DNA of 64,000 nucleotides, taken from the NCBI GenBank assembly GCA_963718575.1, contig OY970358.1:194172-258171 (forward strand), read 5' to 3'. Shown one piece after another: positions 53,212 through 63,001 of this stretch (its first letter is position 1; every line of letters begins with the position of its first letter). The notes beneath the pieces were generated by a model. That model saw only the letters and a program-made list of their open reading frames with translations, was not told where the DNA came from and did no database searches. The stretch is from an uncultured bacterium. Lineage in GTDB: Bacteria; Patescibacteriota; Minisyncoccia; UBA6257; 2-01-FULL-56-20. The translations under genes were made by a program, and so were the position numbers.

Positions 53212-53257
53212 CAATCAGAAAAAGAAAAGGGATGGTCTTTCGGCCATCCCTCGTCGA

Positions 53258-53710
53258 TCAATTTTTGTTTCTCATTTTTGCATTGGTGATCATGTCAGCG
53301 ATCTCCCGATATCGACGAGCGGCATCTCCCACGCTGTATCCCCGGGAATTGAGGATGTGTTCCAATTCTCCCCTCTTCTGTTTGAATGACGCAAGCTCTT
53401 CCTGGGCGTCCGGATACGCTTCGAACACGCTTGCCCCACCCCAAAAGTACCAAAAAACTTCCCTAAGGTGTTTCCACAACTCCTCCTCGCAAAGCTCGGC
53501 GACCGCTTCAAAGTCTTTCATGACCTGAGCCACCCGCCGCCCCTCGCCGGTCATGGCAGTTTCATATGCGTTATTTGCCAGCATCCGGCGATTGCAGACT
53601 CCCTGGGAAAATTCAAAGTCAAGATACTCATTTGCGATGGCGTTAAGCGCCTCGACCCGAAGCTTTGGTGCGTGGAGTAGTTCGTTTTCGTTCACGGCAA
53701 CGATCAACAT
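53258..53710 (-). CDS. Hypothetical protein (SD-led cassette)
   Basis: TTGACA-N17-AATACT, AAGGAGGAG SD, terminator 53218-53251. Confidence 0.65.
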   Translation of the reverse strand: MLIVAVNENELLHAPKLRVEALNAIANEYLDFEFSQGVCNRRMLANNAYETAMTGEGRRVAQVMKDFEAVAELCEEELWKHLREVFWYFWGGASVFEAYPDAQEELASFKQKRGELEHILNSRGYSVGDAARRYREIADMITNAKMRNKN

Positions 53711-53801
53711 ATAACTCCTCCTTTTTTGCAGAGCCGATCGTCCCCTGCAACACTGTTTATAGTATTAAGAAACATTGTCCGCATGTCAATGGAGGAGTAT
53801 A

Positions 53802-54698
53802 ATGAACGCAATGGATGAGACTTTTGCGCTAAACGCCACGAATGAGCTGACGGAACACGTCACGTACCATAAGCTCGCATTGATGGAAAAGAACACCGCG
53901 AACCGTGATGCGCTTGAGCGGCTTTCGGTGCAGGAGAAAACACATTATGAGTTCTGGCAATCGCTCCTGCCGGAGGCAAAGGCCAAAGCGATCCGCGCGC
54001 GATGGTATACCGTCTGGGGCGTCTCATTTTTGCGCGTGGCGTTCGGCGTGACGTTCATCACAAAGTTCCTGGAAACGCACGAGACCGGTGCCGTGGGGAA
54101 ATATCAAAGCATGCTCGGTTCGATTCCCGAATCACATAAAGCTCGTTTCCTTCAAATAATAGAAGACGAAAAATCGCATGAACGGGCATTGATCGCCCAG
54201 CTCAAAGAGAAGCGCGTGAGCTACATCGGCTTCGTCGTGCTCGGCCTCGCGGACGCGATCGTCGAGATCACGGGCGTCCACGCCGGATTCCTCGGCGTCA
54301 CCGGCTCCACGCTCATCGCCGGCATCGCCGGCGTCATCGTGGGATTCTCCGCAGCGATCTCCATGGGTTCGGCGGGGTATCTGCAGGCAAAGCAGGACCC
54401 GGAAAAGTCCGCGCTCCTTTCGGGATTCATCACGTGGGCATCGTACTTCTGCTCCGTCATCCTGCTCGCACTCCCCTACTTTTTGATCCGCGTGATGATC
54501 CCCGCGTTCATCGTCTCCGCATCCGTCGGCATCCTGCTCGTCGCCGCGTTCACCTTCTACGGCGCCGTCGTCTTCGACCGCACGTTCTGGCGCGAATTTG
54601 CGGAGACCGTAACGCTGATGCTCGCCACCGCGCTTGCCACATTCCTGCTCGGCATCGTCGTCGGCGGCATCTTCCATATCAATACCGGAAGTTTTTAG
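53802..54698 (+). CDS. Rubrerythrin-like/VIT1-CCC1 iron transporter
   Basis: E..H motifs; VVLGLADAIVE, AISMG. Confidence 0.85.
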   Translation: MNAMDETFALNATNELTEHVTYHKLALMEKNTANRDALERLSVQEKTHYEFWQSLLPEAKAKAIRARWYTVWGVSFLRVAFGVTFITKFLETHETGAVGKYQSMLGSIPESHKARFLQIIEDEKSHERALIAQLKEKRVSYIGFVVLGLADAIVEITGVHAGFLGVTGSTLIAGIAGVIVGFSAAISMGSAGYLQAKQDPEKSALLSGFITWASYFCSVILLALPYFLIRVMIPAFIVSASVGILLVAAFTFYGAVVFDRTFWREFAETVTLMLATALATFLLGIVVGGIFHINTGSF

Positions 54699-54708
54699 AT
54701 TATTTCTC

Positions 54709-54791
54709 CGGGATTTAAAAAGGGCGCCTGCTTTTGTGACCGTTGTTTCTTAACACTAAGTCTCAAAAGCAGATGCCCTTTTTAAATCCCG
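54709..54791. repeat. Long hairpin, core related to 46441-46517
   Basis: Inner GACC-GT-TGTT-TCTT-AACA-CTA-AGTC. Confidence 0.78.
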
Positions 54792-54903
54792 TCAGATTTC
54801 TGGCGCAACAGCCAGGTGGGTGGACTCAACTGCGGTCCACGGACGGCAGAGATTTGTCCTCCCCTTTAAAATTGTTTGATCCGAAATCTGCGCGGGATCT
54901 GAC
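54786..54903 (-). ncRNA. Candidate ~120-nt structured small RNA
   Basis: TGnTATAAT at 54915-54907; closing stem plus three hairpins; followed by the long hairpin. Confidence 0.45.
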
Positions 54904-55025
54904 TCTATTATACCACCGCTCCGGCAAAAGATATCAATGTGCATAGCGCTTCACTACCACAAAGCCCATTAAATCTATATTAAAAGAGTTTTGACTTCCC
55001 CATTGTAAGGATTATCCTTATTGGC

Positions 55026-55388
55026 ATGATAAAAAAGCAAAAAGCGAAAAAGATGACCCTTGAGGATCTCGCGGTAAGAATAGACAAAAAGATAGATAGT
55101 AAGATAGATAAATCCATAGGCGATCTGGCGATCAAGGTCCAGGAAGGATTTATGGCGACCGCGAAAGACCTGCTTTCACTCACCGAACGGGTAAAATCCA
55201 TTGAAGAACGACTCGCCGGATACGACAAGGAGTTCGGAGGTATTCACAGCAACTTTGATATCGTTTTCACTGAGCTGAAAAGCATCCGGGAGCGCCTCGA
55301 TCGGATAGAAAAGAACGATACGAGCGCCGAAGTCATCAACCTCGACCTTCGCGTGAAAAAACTGGAAAAGAAGGCCGGATTGAAGTAG
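55026..55388 (+). CDS. Small coiled-coil protein
   Basis: KKMTLEDLA...ATAKDL...RVKKLEKK. Confidence 0.72.
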   Translation: MIKKQKAKKMTLEDLAVRIDKKIDSKIDKSIGDLAIKVQEGFMATAKDLLSLTERVKSIEERLAGYDKEFGGIHSNFDIVFTELKSIRERLDRIEKNDTSAEVINLDLRVKKLEKKAGLK

Positions 55389-55400
55389 AATCAGTCTGCA

Positions 55401-56744
55401 ATGAAACTCCAGACCCGCAAGCGCATATTCTATGTGTTTATTCTTTTATTCGTCGTGATCGGCGCGGCCGTCGTGCTCTATGCCGAGGGGTGGCGACTCA
55501 ATCTCTCCACGCTCGAGGCCGAAAAAGCGGGCGGTATTTACGTCCGCTCCTACCCCGACGACGCGCAGATCGCCCTTAACGGAAAATCTGTTCCGAACCA
55601 ATCCGCATTTCTGAGCCGCGGAACGTTTATCTCCGGCCTTTTCCCAAAGACGTATACCCTTCAGCTCTCGGCGGCCGGATACGACGCCTGGACCGAAAAT
55701 ACGCAGGTCGTCCCCTCGCTTGTCGCGGAAATGAAATATGCCGTGCTCGTGCCAAAAACGGCGACGAATATCGCGACGACGACCGCAGCGGTAAGCGATT
55801 TCTTTGAGACGGACGGGCAGACGATCGTCACCGATTCCAGCGCGACGATCTCGTGGCTTGGGAAGATCATCGGATACGGCACCGTAGTGAGCCACAGCGC
55901 CGACCTCAGAACCGCGGTCATTCGTACGATCAGCGCGAAGACGGGTGCGACAACCTATTCTTTTTATGATTTCACCACCGCTACAAGCACCAATCTTTCC
56001 GCGCTGCTACGACAGTCGGATATCCGGTCCACGCCGACGACAAACGTATTCGTCGATCCGTACGATGATACAAACATCATCACCCAGACCCCGGCGCAGA
56101 TTGTGGCAATCGACTCGGACACCCATCGCACGACCGTCGTCGACACGGCGCCCGCAGGAGAGACGATCGAGTCTCCCATCGCCATGTCGCCGTCGGTCAT
56201 GGCATGGGCGCGCTATGCCAACGCATCCGACACGTCGCAAATCGTGATCTACGACAAATTTTCCGGCGACACGACCGATGATTCACTCAGGATCATCGGC
56301 CCGGTAAAACAGCTCGCATGGGTGCGGAATGATGTGCTGGGTATCCTTGCAAGCGACAACACGCTCTATCTTTACAATGTACCGAACGAACAGCTTTCCA
56401 CGCTCGCGAATGACGTGAAACAATTCTATCCCACGAGCGACGGCACCGCGGTCGCGGCGCTCGAATATGACAGCCTCGAGGTTTTCTCTTTCACCACGCA
56501 GGATTACTATCGTTTCGCCCTCCCCGACATCGCGGATGTGCAAGGGCTCGTCTGGTATAAAGACGAGGCACATCTTTTTGTGCAATATTCGGACCACGTT
56601 GCCTTCCTCGATCTCGCCGATACCAACCTGAAAAATCTCACGACCGTATCAGCGGGAACGGACGCCTCCTACGATCCGCAGGAAAACGCGCTCTATCTTA
56701 TCGATCAGGGGCAGAAACTGCTTCGCTTCGATTTCCCGAATTAA
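55401..56744 (+). CDS. PEGA-domain membrane-anchored beta-propeller protein
   Basis: GGIYVRSYPDDAQIALNG...Y.L.LS..GY..W. Confidence 0.75.
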   Translation: MKLQTRKRIFYVFILLFVVIGAAVVLYAEGWRLNLSTLEAEKAGGIYVRSYPDDAQIALNGKSVPNQSAFLSRGTFISGLFPKTYTLQLSAAGYDAWTENTQVVPSLVAEMKYAVLVPKTATNIATTTAAVSDFFETDGQTIVTDSSATISWLGKIIGYGTVVSHSADLRTAVIRTISAKTGATTYSFYDFTTATSTNLSALLRQSDIRSTPTTNVFVDPYDDTNIITQTPAQIVAIDSDTHRTTVVDTAPAGETIESPIAMSPSVMAWARYANASDTSQIVIYDKFSGDTTDDSLRIIGPVKQLAWVRNDVLGILASDNTLYLYNVPNEQLSTLANDVKQFYPTSDGTAVAALEYDSLEVFSFTTQDYYRFALPDIADVQGLVWYKDEAHLFVQYSDHVAFLDLADTNLKNLTTVSAGTDASYDPQENALYLIDQGQKLLRFDFPN

Positions 56745-57261
56745 CATCGTTTGACACGTGGCGCCGCGCGCGCACGAGCAATTCCTTCTGCACAAGCCGC
56801 GCCTTCGTCTTCCCCACCGCCGGCAAGACGATCTTGTTATGCACCGGATCGTGCTCCGAACCGATCATCGTGATGATAATCTGGCTCACGCCCGCCATGC
56901 GGTCGAGCGGGCCGCGCTGGATGCTCACATTCTGGATCTGGTGATACAGCGCCGCAAGCTCGGTGCGCATGATATATCCCTGCGTCATGATGAACGCTTC
57001 ATCGGTGAACATATAAGTATAAAAGCGATATTCCAGATAGGTCCACAAGAGGATCGCGAGGAAATAGAGCGCGCTCACGAGCGCCAATATCTTTGCTCCG
57101 TAATCCAAAAACGGCCCGTAAAACGCCGGTGCCCATCGCTCGCCATACCACACCGCCGCGGTGAGCGCGAACAAAAAGATGACGAGCTTGATCCGCTTCG
57201 AAAGAAAGAGAATGAATGCGCGCCTGCCGAGCGAATGCTTCCGTTGGTTTTCCATCCCCAT
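56698..57261 (-). CDS. Bacterial PH-domain (YdbS-like) membrane protein
   Basis: YHQIQNVSIQRGPLDRMAG. Confidence 0.78.
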   Translation of the reverse strand: MGMENQRKHSLGRRAFILFLSKRIKLVIFLFALTAAVWYGERWAPAFYGPFLDYGAKILALVSALYFLAILLWTYLEYRFYTYMFTDEAFIMTQGYIMRTELAALYHQIQNVSIQRGPLDRMAGVSQIIITMIGSEHDPVHNKIVLPAVGKTKARLVQKELLVRARRHVSNDVNSGNRSEAVSAPDR

Positions 57262-57286
57262 GATATACTATAAGTATAGCATCCAC

Positions 57287-57742
57287 ATGAAACTTCCCCA
57301 TTCGCTCCGGGCGATCATTCTTTTGCTCCGCATCGCGCTCGGGCTCAACTTCTTCTATCTCGGCTTCAGCGTGCTGTTCAATCACGAACTCGGCACGCAG
57401 ATCCGCGCGCAGTCGTTCGGCAATCTCTATTCGTGGCTCGCCGCGCCAGTGGTGCAAGGCGGCTGGGTGCAGCCCGTCGCGCAATGGGCATTCCTCATCA
57501 TCGGTATCTGCCTCATGGTCGGGCTCCTCACGCGCCTGGCGTCGATCGCGGGCATCGTTCTCACACTGCTCAGCTACCTGCCGACCGTGAGCTATGCCGC
57601 GCTCAGCGTCTCGCAATTCATCAACGATGAAGTGATCGTCGTCATCTGTCTGCTCATTCTCGTCTTTGCGAACGCGGGGAGCTATCTCGGCCTAGATACA
57701 TTCATTCATTTTCACAGACCAACAAAGAAAGCGAAGGAATAG
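57287..57742 (+). CDS. DoxX-like membrane protein
   Basis: LLRIALG, GLLTRLAS, GLD. Confidence 0.75.
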   Translation: MKLPHSLRAIILLLRIALGLNFFYLGFSVLFNHELGTQIRAQSFGNLYSWLAAPVVQGGWVQPVAQWAFLIIGICLMVGLLTRLASIAGIVLTLLSYLPTVSYAALSVSQFINDEVIVVICLLILVFANAGSYLGLDTFIHFHRPTKKAKE

Positions 57743-57840
57743 CTGAGGTATTTCTTTAAGAGAAATTTAACCCGCTGCAGGTAGTATTAAATAATGATTA
57801 AAAGATATTTGACGACTATTCCTTTTTGCTATATTAAAAT

Positions 57841-57911
57841 AGCGGGTGGCAATCCGGAGTCAGCACCGTGTTGGACCGAATAAAAAAGGACTCATAACTG
57901 GGTCCTTTTTT
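57841..57911 (+). ncRNA. Candidate ~70-nt small RNA
   Basis: TTGACG and TGnTATATT promoter elements, two hairpins, terminator 57882-57911. Confidence 0.4.
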
Positions 57912-57931
57912 ATTACTATCCCCTCGTGGAA

Positions 57932-59128
57932 TTATTTCCCTGCCTCGATCTCCAATAACCGGTTATACTTTGCAACGCGCTCGCCGCGCGCAGGAGCGCC
58001 GAGCTTGAAGCCGTCGGCCGCGACGCCGTAGGCAAAGTCGGCGATGAAGTCGTCGTTCGTCTCGCCGCTGCGATGCGACACGACGACCGCCCAGCGATAG
58101 TGCCGCGCCAGGCGCACCGCATTCAGCGTTTCCGTGACGGTTCCGATCTGGTTCGGCTTGATGATGATCGCATTCACGCTCCCCTTCGCCTCTGCGAATT
58201 CCATGCGATCGGTGTTCGTGGTCGTAAGGTCATCTCCTGCAACCCACACCGTTGACTTCCCTTTTATATTGTTCGCCGCCGTGAACGCCGCAAAATTTTT
58301 GAAATCATTCTCGCCGAACGGATCCTCTATATATATCGGCGAATATTCTTTGATCAGCTTTTTATACGTATTGCTCAATTGCTGACGCGAAAGGCCTTTG
58401 ATGTCCGTCGCGGCGGCATCAATGCCGAAATCGATCTTTTTATCCAATTTTAATTTCCTGGCAACCGCGCGAAGCATCTGAAGTGGCTCAAGGTCATTCT
58501 TGAAGTTCGGCGCAAAGCCGCCTTCGTCGCCAAGGTTCGCCGCGCCGCGGCCTTTGGCCCTCACAAGCGCTGCGCCAAGCGCGTGATAGATCGCCGTGCC
58601 GATATCGATCGATTCTTTAAATGTTCTCGCGCGCGGAATGATCAAATATTCCTGAAAATGCAGATTGTTGCCCGCGTGCAGACCGCCGTTCACCACGTTC
58701 ATAAAAAGGCGGGGATGGAGCGTTTTTGCCGTGGGATCAACCCAAATGCCATAGACCTCACGGATGTGCTTCCAGAGCGGCGCTTTCTTGGTGCGCGCGG
58801 TGGCGCGAAGGAACGCGACCGAGACCGCAAGGATGGCGTTCGCGCCGAGGCGCGATTTGCTCGCGGTACCATCAAGCCGCACGAGAAACTCGTCGAGCGC
58901 CGCCTGATCGAAAAAATCTTTATGGATGATCCGCGTGGCAATCGTCATATTGACATTACGCACCGCCGCTGCCGCCGGCAGGGCGCGCGCTTCGGTTGCG
59001 CCGGTGCTCTTGCCCTGCGGTACCGAGGCCGTCGCGCGGACGCCATTTTGCAGCGTGAGTGAAACTTCCATGGTCCATTGTCCGCGGGAATCAAGAATGG
59101 GGCGCGCGACGAGCGAACTTACTTTCAT
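57932..59128 (-). CDS. eno: Enolase
   Basis: ILDSRG, LGANAIL, GDEGGFAP, SHRSGET, RGERVAKYN. Confidence 0.96.
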   Translation of the reverse strand: MKVSSLVARPILDSRGQWTMEVSLTLQNGVRATASVPQGKSTGATEARALPAAAAVRNVNMTIATRIIHKDFFDQAALDEFLVRLDGTASKSRLGANAILAVSVAFLRATARTKKAPLWKHIREVYGIWVDPTAKTLHPRLFMNVVNGGLHAGNNLHFQEYLIIPRARTFKESIDIGTAIYHALGAALVRAKGRGAANLGDEGGFAPNFKNDLEPLQMLRAVARKLKLDKKIDFGIDAAATDIKGLSRQQLSNTYKKLIKEYSPIYIEDPFGENDFKNFAAFTAANNIKGKSTVWVAGDDLTTTNTDRMEFAEAKGSVNAIIIKPNQIGTVTETLNAVRLARHYRWAVVVSHRSGETNDDFIADFAYGVAADGFKLGAPARGERVAKYNRLLEIEAGK

Positions 59129-60138
59129 ACTTGCGGCTTCACAACGTTGATCGGCGCGCCGGTGGCAAAGGCGACGATGTTATCGATCGTGGTATCGAGG
59201 ATGCGGATGAACGCCTCGTGCGTGTTGAACGCGTTGTGCGGCGTGACGATCACGTTCGGCATCGCGATGAGCTCCGCGTCTGCGCTCATATCCCCCGCTT
59301 TCATCGTTGCCTCCTCTTCAAGCACATCGATACCCGCGCCTGCGAGCGTGCCGCTCGTGAGCGCCACCACAAACGCCGGCGTCTCCACGATCGCGCCGCG
59401 CGCGGTGTTGATCAGGATCGCGCCTTTCTTTATCAACCCAACATTGCTCATATTGATAAGATGATGCGTCGATGGAAGATACGGCGCATGGATCGTGATG
59501 ACGTCGCTCGTCTTGAGCAGATCTTCGAGTGAAAGATATTGAAAGTCCATCTCTTTTGCGAACGCGTCATCGTGATACACGTCATACGCAACGATCTTCA
59601 TCCCAAATCCCTTTGCCATGCGCACCGCATGCTTGCCGATGCGGCCGGTGCCCACGACGCCGATCGTCTTGCCAGCGAGGTCGAAGCCGCACAGGCCGTC
59701 GGTCGTGAACTTGTGCTCGTCGCGCACGCGCGCGTTCGCCTGGATGACCTTGCGAGAGAGAGCGAGGATCAGCGCGAATGCAAATTCGGCGACGGTATTT
59801 TCGCCATACGCCGGTACGGACGACACCGGAATCCCCCGCGCGGCAGCGGCGGCGAGATCGATATGATCGTAGCCCGTGGAAAGCGTCGTCACGAACTTGA
59901 GCTCCGGTAGCGCCGCGATCACTGCCGCATCCACCGGCGAATCCATAAACACCCCCGCGATATCAAAATTCGTGGCACCACCTGCCTGGGCCGTCGCCGG
60001 AATTTTATCCTTACTTAATATATCGTCAACGAACGCCACCTCCACGCCCGCGGTTTTCAATTTCTCACTCCCCGAAAGATACGACTTTGCCTCGTCTCCC
60101 CACCGCTCACAATTGAAGAACATTACTTTGTGTGCCAT
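59125..60138 (-). CDS. D-isomer-specific 2-hydroxyacid (D-lactate-type) dehydrogenase
   Basis: GTGRIG, INTARG, TPHNAF. Confidence 0.92.
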   Translation of the reverse strand: MAHKVMFFNCERWGDEAKSYLSGSEKLKTAGVEVAFVDDILSKDKIPATAQAGGATNFDIAGVFMDSPVDAAVIAALPELKFVTTLSTGYDHIDLAAAAARGIPVSSVPAYGENTVAEFAFALILALSRKVIQANARVRDEHKFTTDGLCGFDLAGKTIGVVGTGRIGKHAVRMAKGFGMKIVAYDVYHDDAFAKEMDFQYLSLEDLLKTSDVITIHAPYLPSTHHLINMSNVGLIKKGAILINTARGAIVETPAFVVALTSGTLAGAGIDVLEEEATMKAGDMSADAELIAMPNVIVTPHNAFNTHEAFIRILDTTIDNIVAFATGAPINVVKPQV

Positions 60139-60224
60139 AGGGGTATTATACAACAAAAAACCACTGACTGATGGCTTTTGAAGTTGGGAGGTCGTTTAAT
60201 CTTTGCTGTGAATAAAATCCGAGA

Positions 60225-60297
60225 GTATCTGTCCTGGATTCGAACCCGTTTCTCCTGTTTAGCAAAACAAGATCCTACCGACATAGACGACCGGCCC
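60225..60297 (-). ncRNA. Degenerate tRNA-like element (Glu/Asp-type 5' half, GCU/UGC-like loop, 3' acceptor strand missing)
   Basis: GGGCCGG-TC-GTCT..GGTAGGAT, CTTGT-TTTGCTAA-ACAGG, GGTTCGAATCC. Confidence 0.6.
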
Positions 60298-60336
60298 ATG
60301 TCAGAATAAAACAATGGCCATGAAAACTATCTAAAA

Positions 60337-60415
60337 CAAAAACAGCCACATATTGTGGCTGCCCTTGCTGCTAAACAGGATTTTCGTCCACGGTCTCCGT
60401 GGAACCTTGTTTCCT
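60337..60415 (-). ncRNA. Candidate small RNA antisense to the tRNA-like element
   Basis: TTGACG-N16-TATGAT (60447-60420), terminator 60343-60361, 12-nt exact complement of the 60253-60264 segment. Confidence 0.55.
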
Positions 60416-60471
60416 AACTATCATACCGTTTGCAACTAAAACGTCAAATAAGATTTAATGAAAATTTAATC

Positions 60472-62966
60472 TTATTTCCCGCGCCCACGCTTCCCCTTCA
60501 TCTTCGCCTCCTCCTTTGCGATGGCGATCGTGGTTGGTACGACGGTGTCGGGATTCAAAGAGATGCTCTCGATGCCGCGCGTCACGAGGAATTGCGCAAA
60601 GTCGGGATAGTCGGACGGCGCTTGGCCGCAGATGCCGATGTACTTCTTCCGCGCGAGACATTTCTTGATAATGTCTGCCGATCAGGGTCTTCACCGCCTC
60701 GTTGTTCTCGTTCGCGATCTTTGTGACGATGCCGGAATCGCGATCGAGTCCGAGCGTGAGTTGCGTGAGATCGTTCGAGCCGATGGACATACCGTCAAAG
60801 ATGTCGAGGAATTTGTCCGCGAGTAACACGTTCGACGGGATCTCGCACATCACATAGATCGGCGTCGTCGCCTGCTTCGCGCCAAGCCGGAATTTCTTTG
60901 CGACGCCCTTCGCGCCGCGATGCACAATGTAATTTGTCACCAAACCCGCCTCTGCCATCGTCTCCTGCACCTTGATGCCTTCATCCACCGTGCGGCAGAA
61001 CGGCACCATCGGGATCACGTTCGTGAGGCCCATCTCCTCACGCACCATCTTCATTGCGGCGGCCTCCATCATGAACGCAGGCTTGAACTTGGGATCATAG
61101 TACCGCGATGCGCCGCGCCAACCGATCATTGGATTCTCCTCGCGCGGTTCATACGCCTCGCCGCCGAGCAACGTACGATACTCGTTTGTCTTGAAATCCG
61201 AGAAGCGCACGATCACTTTGCGCGGCCAGAACGCCGCGCCGATCTTTGCGATACCGTACGCAAGATTATCGGTGTAATACTGCTTTGGATCTTTCCAACC
61301 GGCGATCTTCTTTTCGATCGCGGCGCGCACGATCGGCGTCTGCGTCCCTTACGTTGAGCATCGCCATCGGATGCATGCCGATCTTTGAAGCGATGATGAA
61401 CTCCTCGCGCGCGAGGCCCACGCCGTCATTCGGCAGGAACGATATCTCGAATGCGCTGTCCGCGACCGCCACATTCACCATCACTTTCGTTTTCGTTTTT
61501 GGAATCTTTTTCAGGTCGTGTTCCACCACCTTGAATTTGAGCGCGCCCTTATAAATATTGCCGCCGCTGCCCGTGGTATCCACTGTGATCTCCTCGCCGG
61601 TCTTGATGAGCTTCGTCGCCTTTTCCGTTCCCACGATCGCCGGGATGCCAAGCTCGCGGCTGACGATCGCCGCGTGCGACGTGCGTCCGCCCTTGTCCGT
61701 CACGATCGCCGACGCCATCTTCATGATCGGTTCCCAGTCCGGGTCGGTCATCGTCGTCACGAGCACCTCGCCCTTCTTGAAATCACCGATGTGCTTCGCC
61801 TCCAGAATGATATGCGCCTTGCCGACGGCGATCTTCGATCCCACCGACGCGCCGGTCAGGATCGCGGGCTTCGTTTCCTGCGGAATATATTCTTTTAACT
61901 TTGAAAAGTCGCGGCCGGCCTGGATCGTTTCCGGGCGCGCCTGCACGATGAAGAGCTCGCCCGTCACGCCGTCCTTCGCCCATTCCATATCCATCGGCGT
62001 CCACTTTTTATAGTGGTCGGTGTAGTGCTTCTCTATCATAGTGCCCCACGTGGCGAGCTGTGCCACTTCCTTATCGCTCAGCACGAACGTGTCGCGCTCC
62101 TCCTCGCTCGTGTTCACGATCTTTGTCTGTTGGATACTCGAAACAGCGGTGCCAGTATGCGGATGATAGATCATCTTGCGCAACTTCACCCCGAGCTTCT
62201 TTTCGATGATCGGGCGCTTTGCCTTCGCCGCAAGGCCTTCTTTCCAGACAATGAACTCGTCCGGCGTCACCTCGCCCTTCACGATCATCTCGCCAAGACC
62301 CCACGAGCCGTTGATGATGACAATATCCTTGAAACCGGATTCCGTGTCCACCGAGAACATGACGCCGGAGCACGCCTTGTCCGAGCGCACCATCTTCTGC
62401 ACGCCCGCGCTCAACGCGATCTTCAAGTGGTCAAAGCCGCGATCCGCGCGATATGAGATCGCGCGATCGGTAAACAAAGATGCCATGGTCGCGCGGACCG
62501 CGACGGCAACCTCCTTTGCGCCGCGGATGCCGAGGTAGCTCTCCTGCTCGCCCGCGAAGCTCGCGCCCGGCAGGTCCTCCGCGGTCGCGGACGACCGCAC
62601 CGCCACGTCGGCGTTCTTGCCATAGCGCTTTTCGATAAAGTTGCGATACGCAGCAACGATCTCCTCATCCAGATCTTTCGGAAATTCCGTCGCAACGATC
62701 TTTTCGCGAATCAGCTTGCCCACGCGCTCAAGCTCCTTCAAATTCTTTGTATTCAAACCTTTTAATGTTTCTTTGATGAACTTATCAAGCCCGGTGCTCG
62801 CCAAGAAATAGTAATAGCCGTCGGCAGTGACGGTAAATCCCGAAGGTACCGGCACGCCCTTTGCGCCGAGCGTGCGGATCATTTCGCCCAACGATGCATT
62901 CTTTCCTCCGACCATCCCGACATCCTTGATCCCGACTTCTTCGAATTTTAATATATATTTTTTCAT
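60472..62966 (-). CDS. ppsA: Phosphoenolpyruvate synthase (indels near 61345 and 60680)
   Basis: [39 protein letters not shown]. Confidence 0.95.
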
Positions 62967-63001
62967 AATTTTTTGGTTAATTAATAGTTATTATTCGATC
63001 G

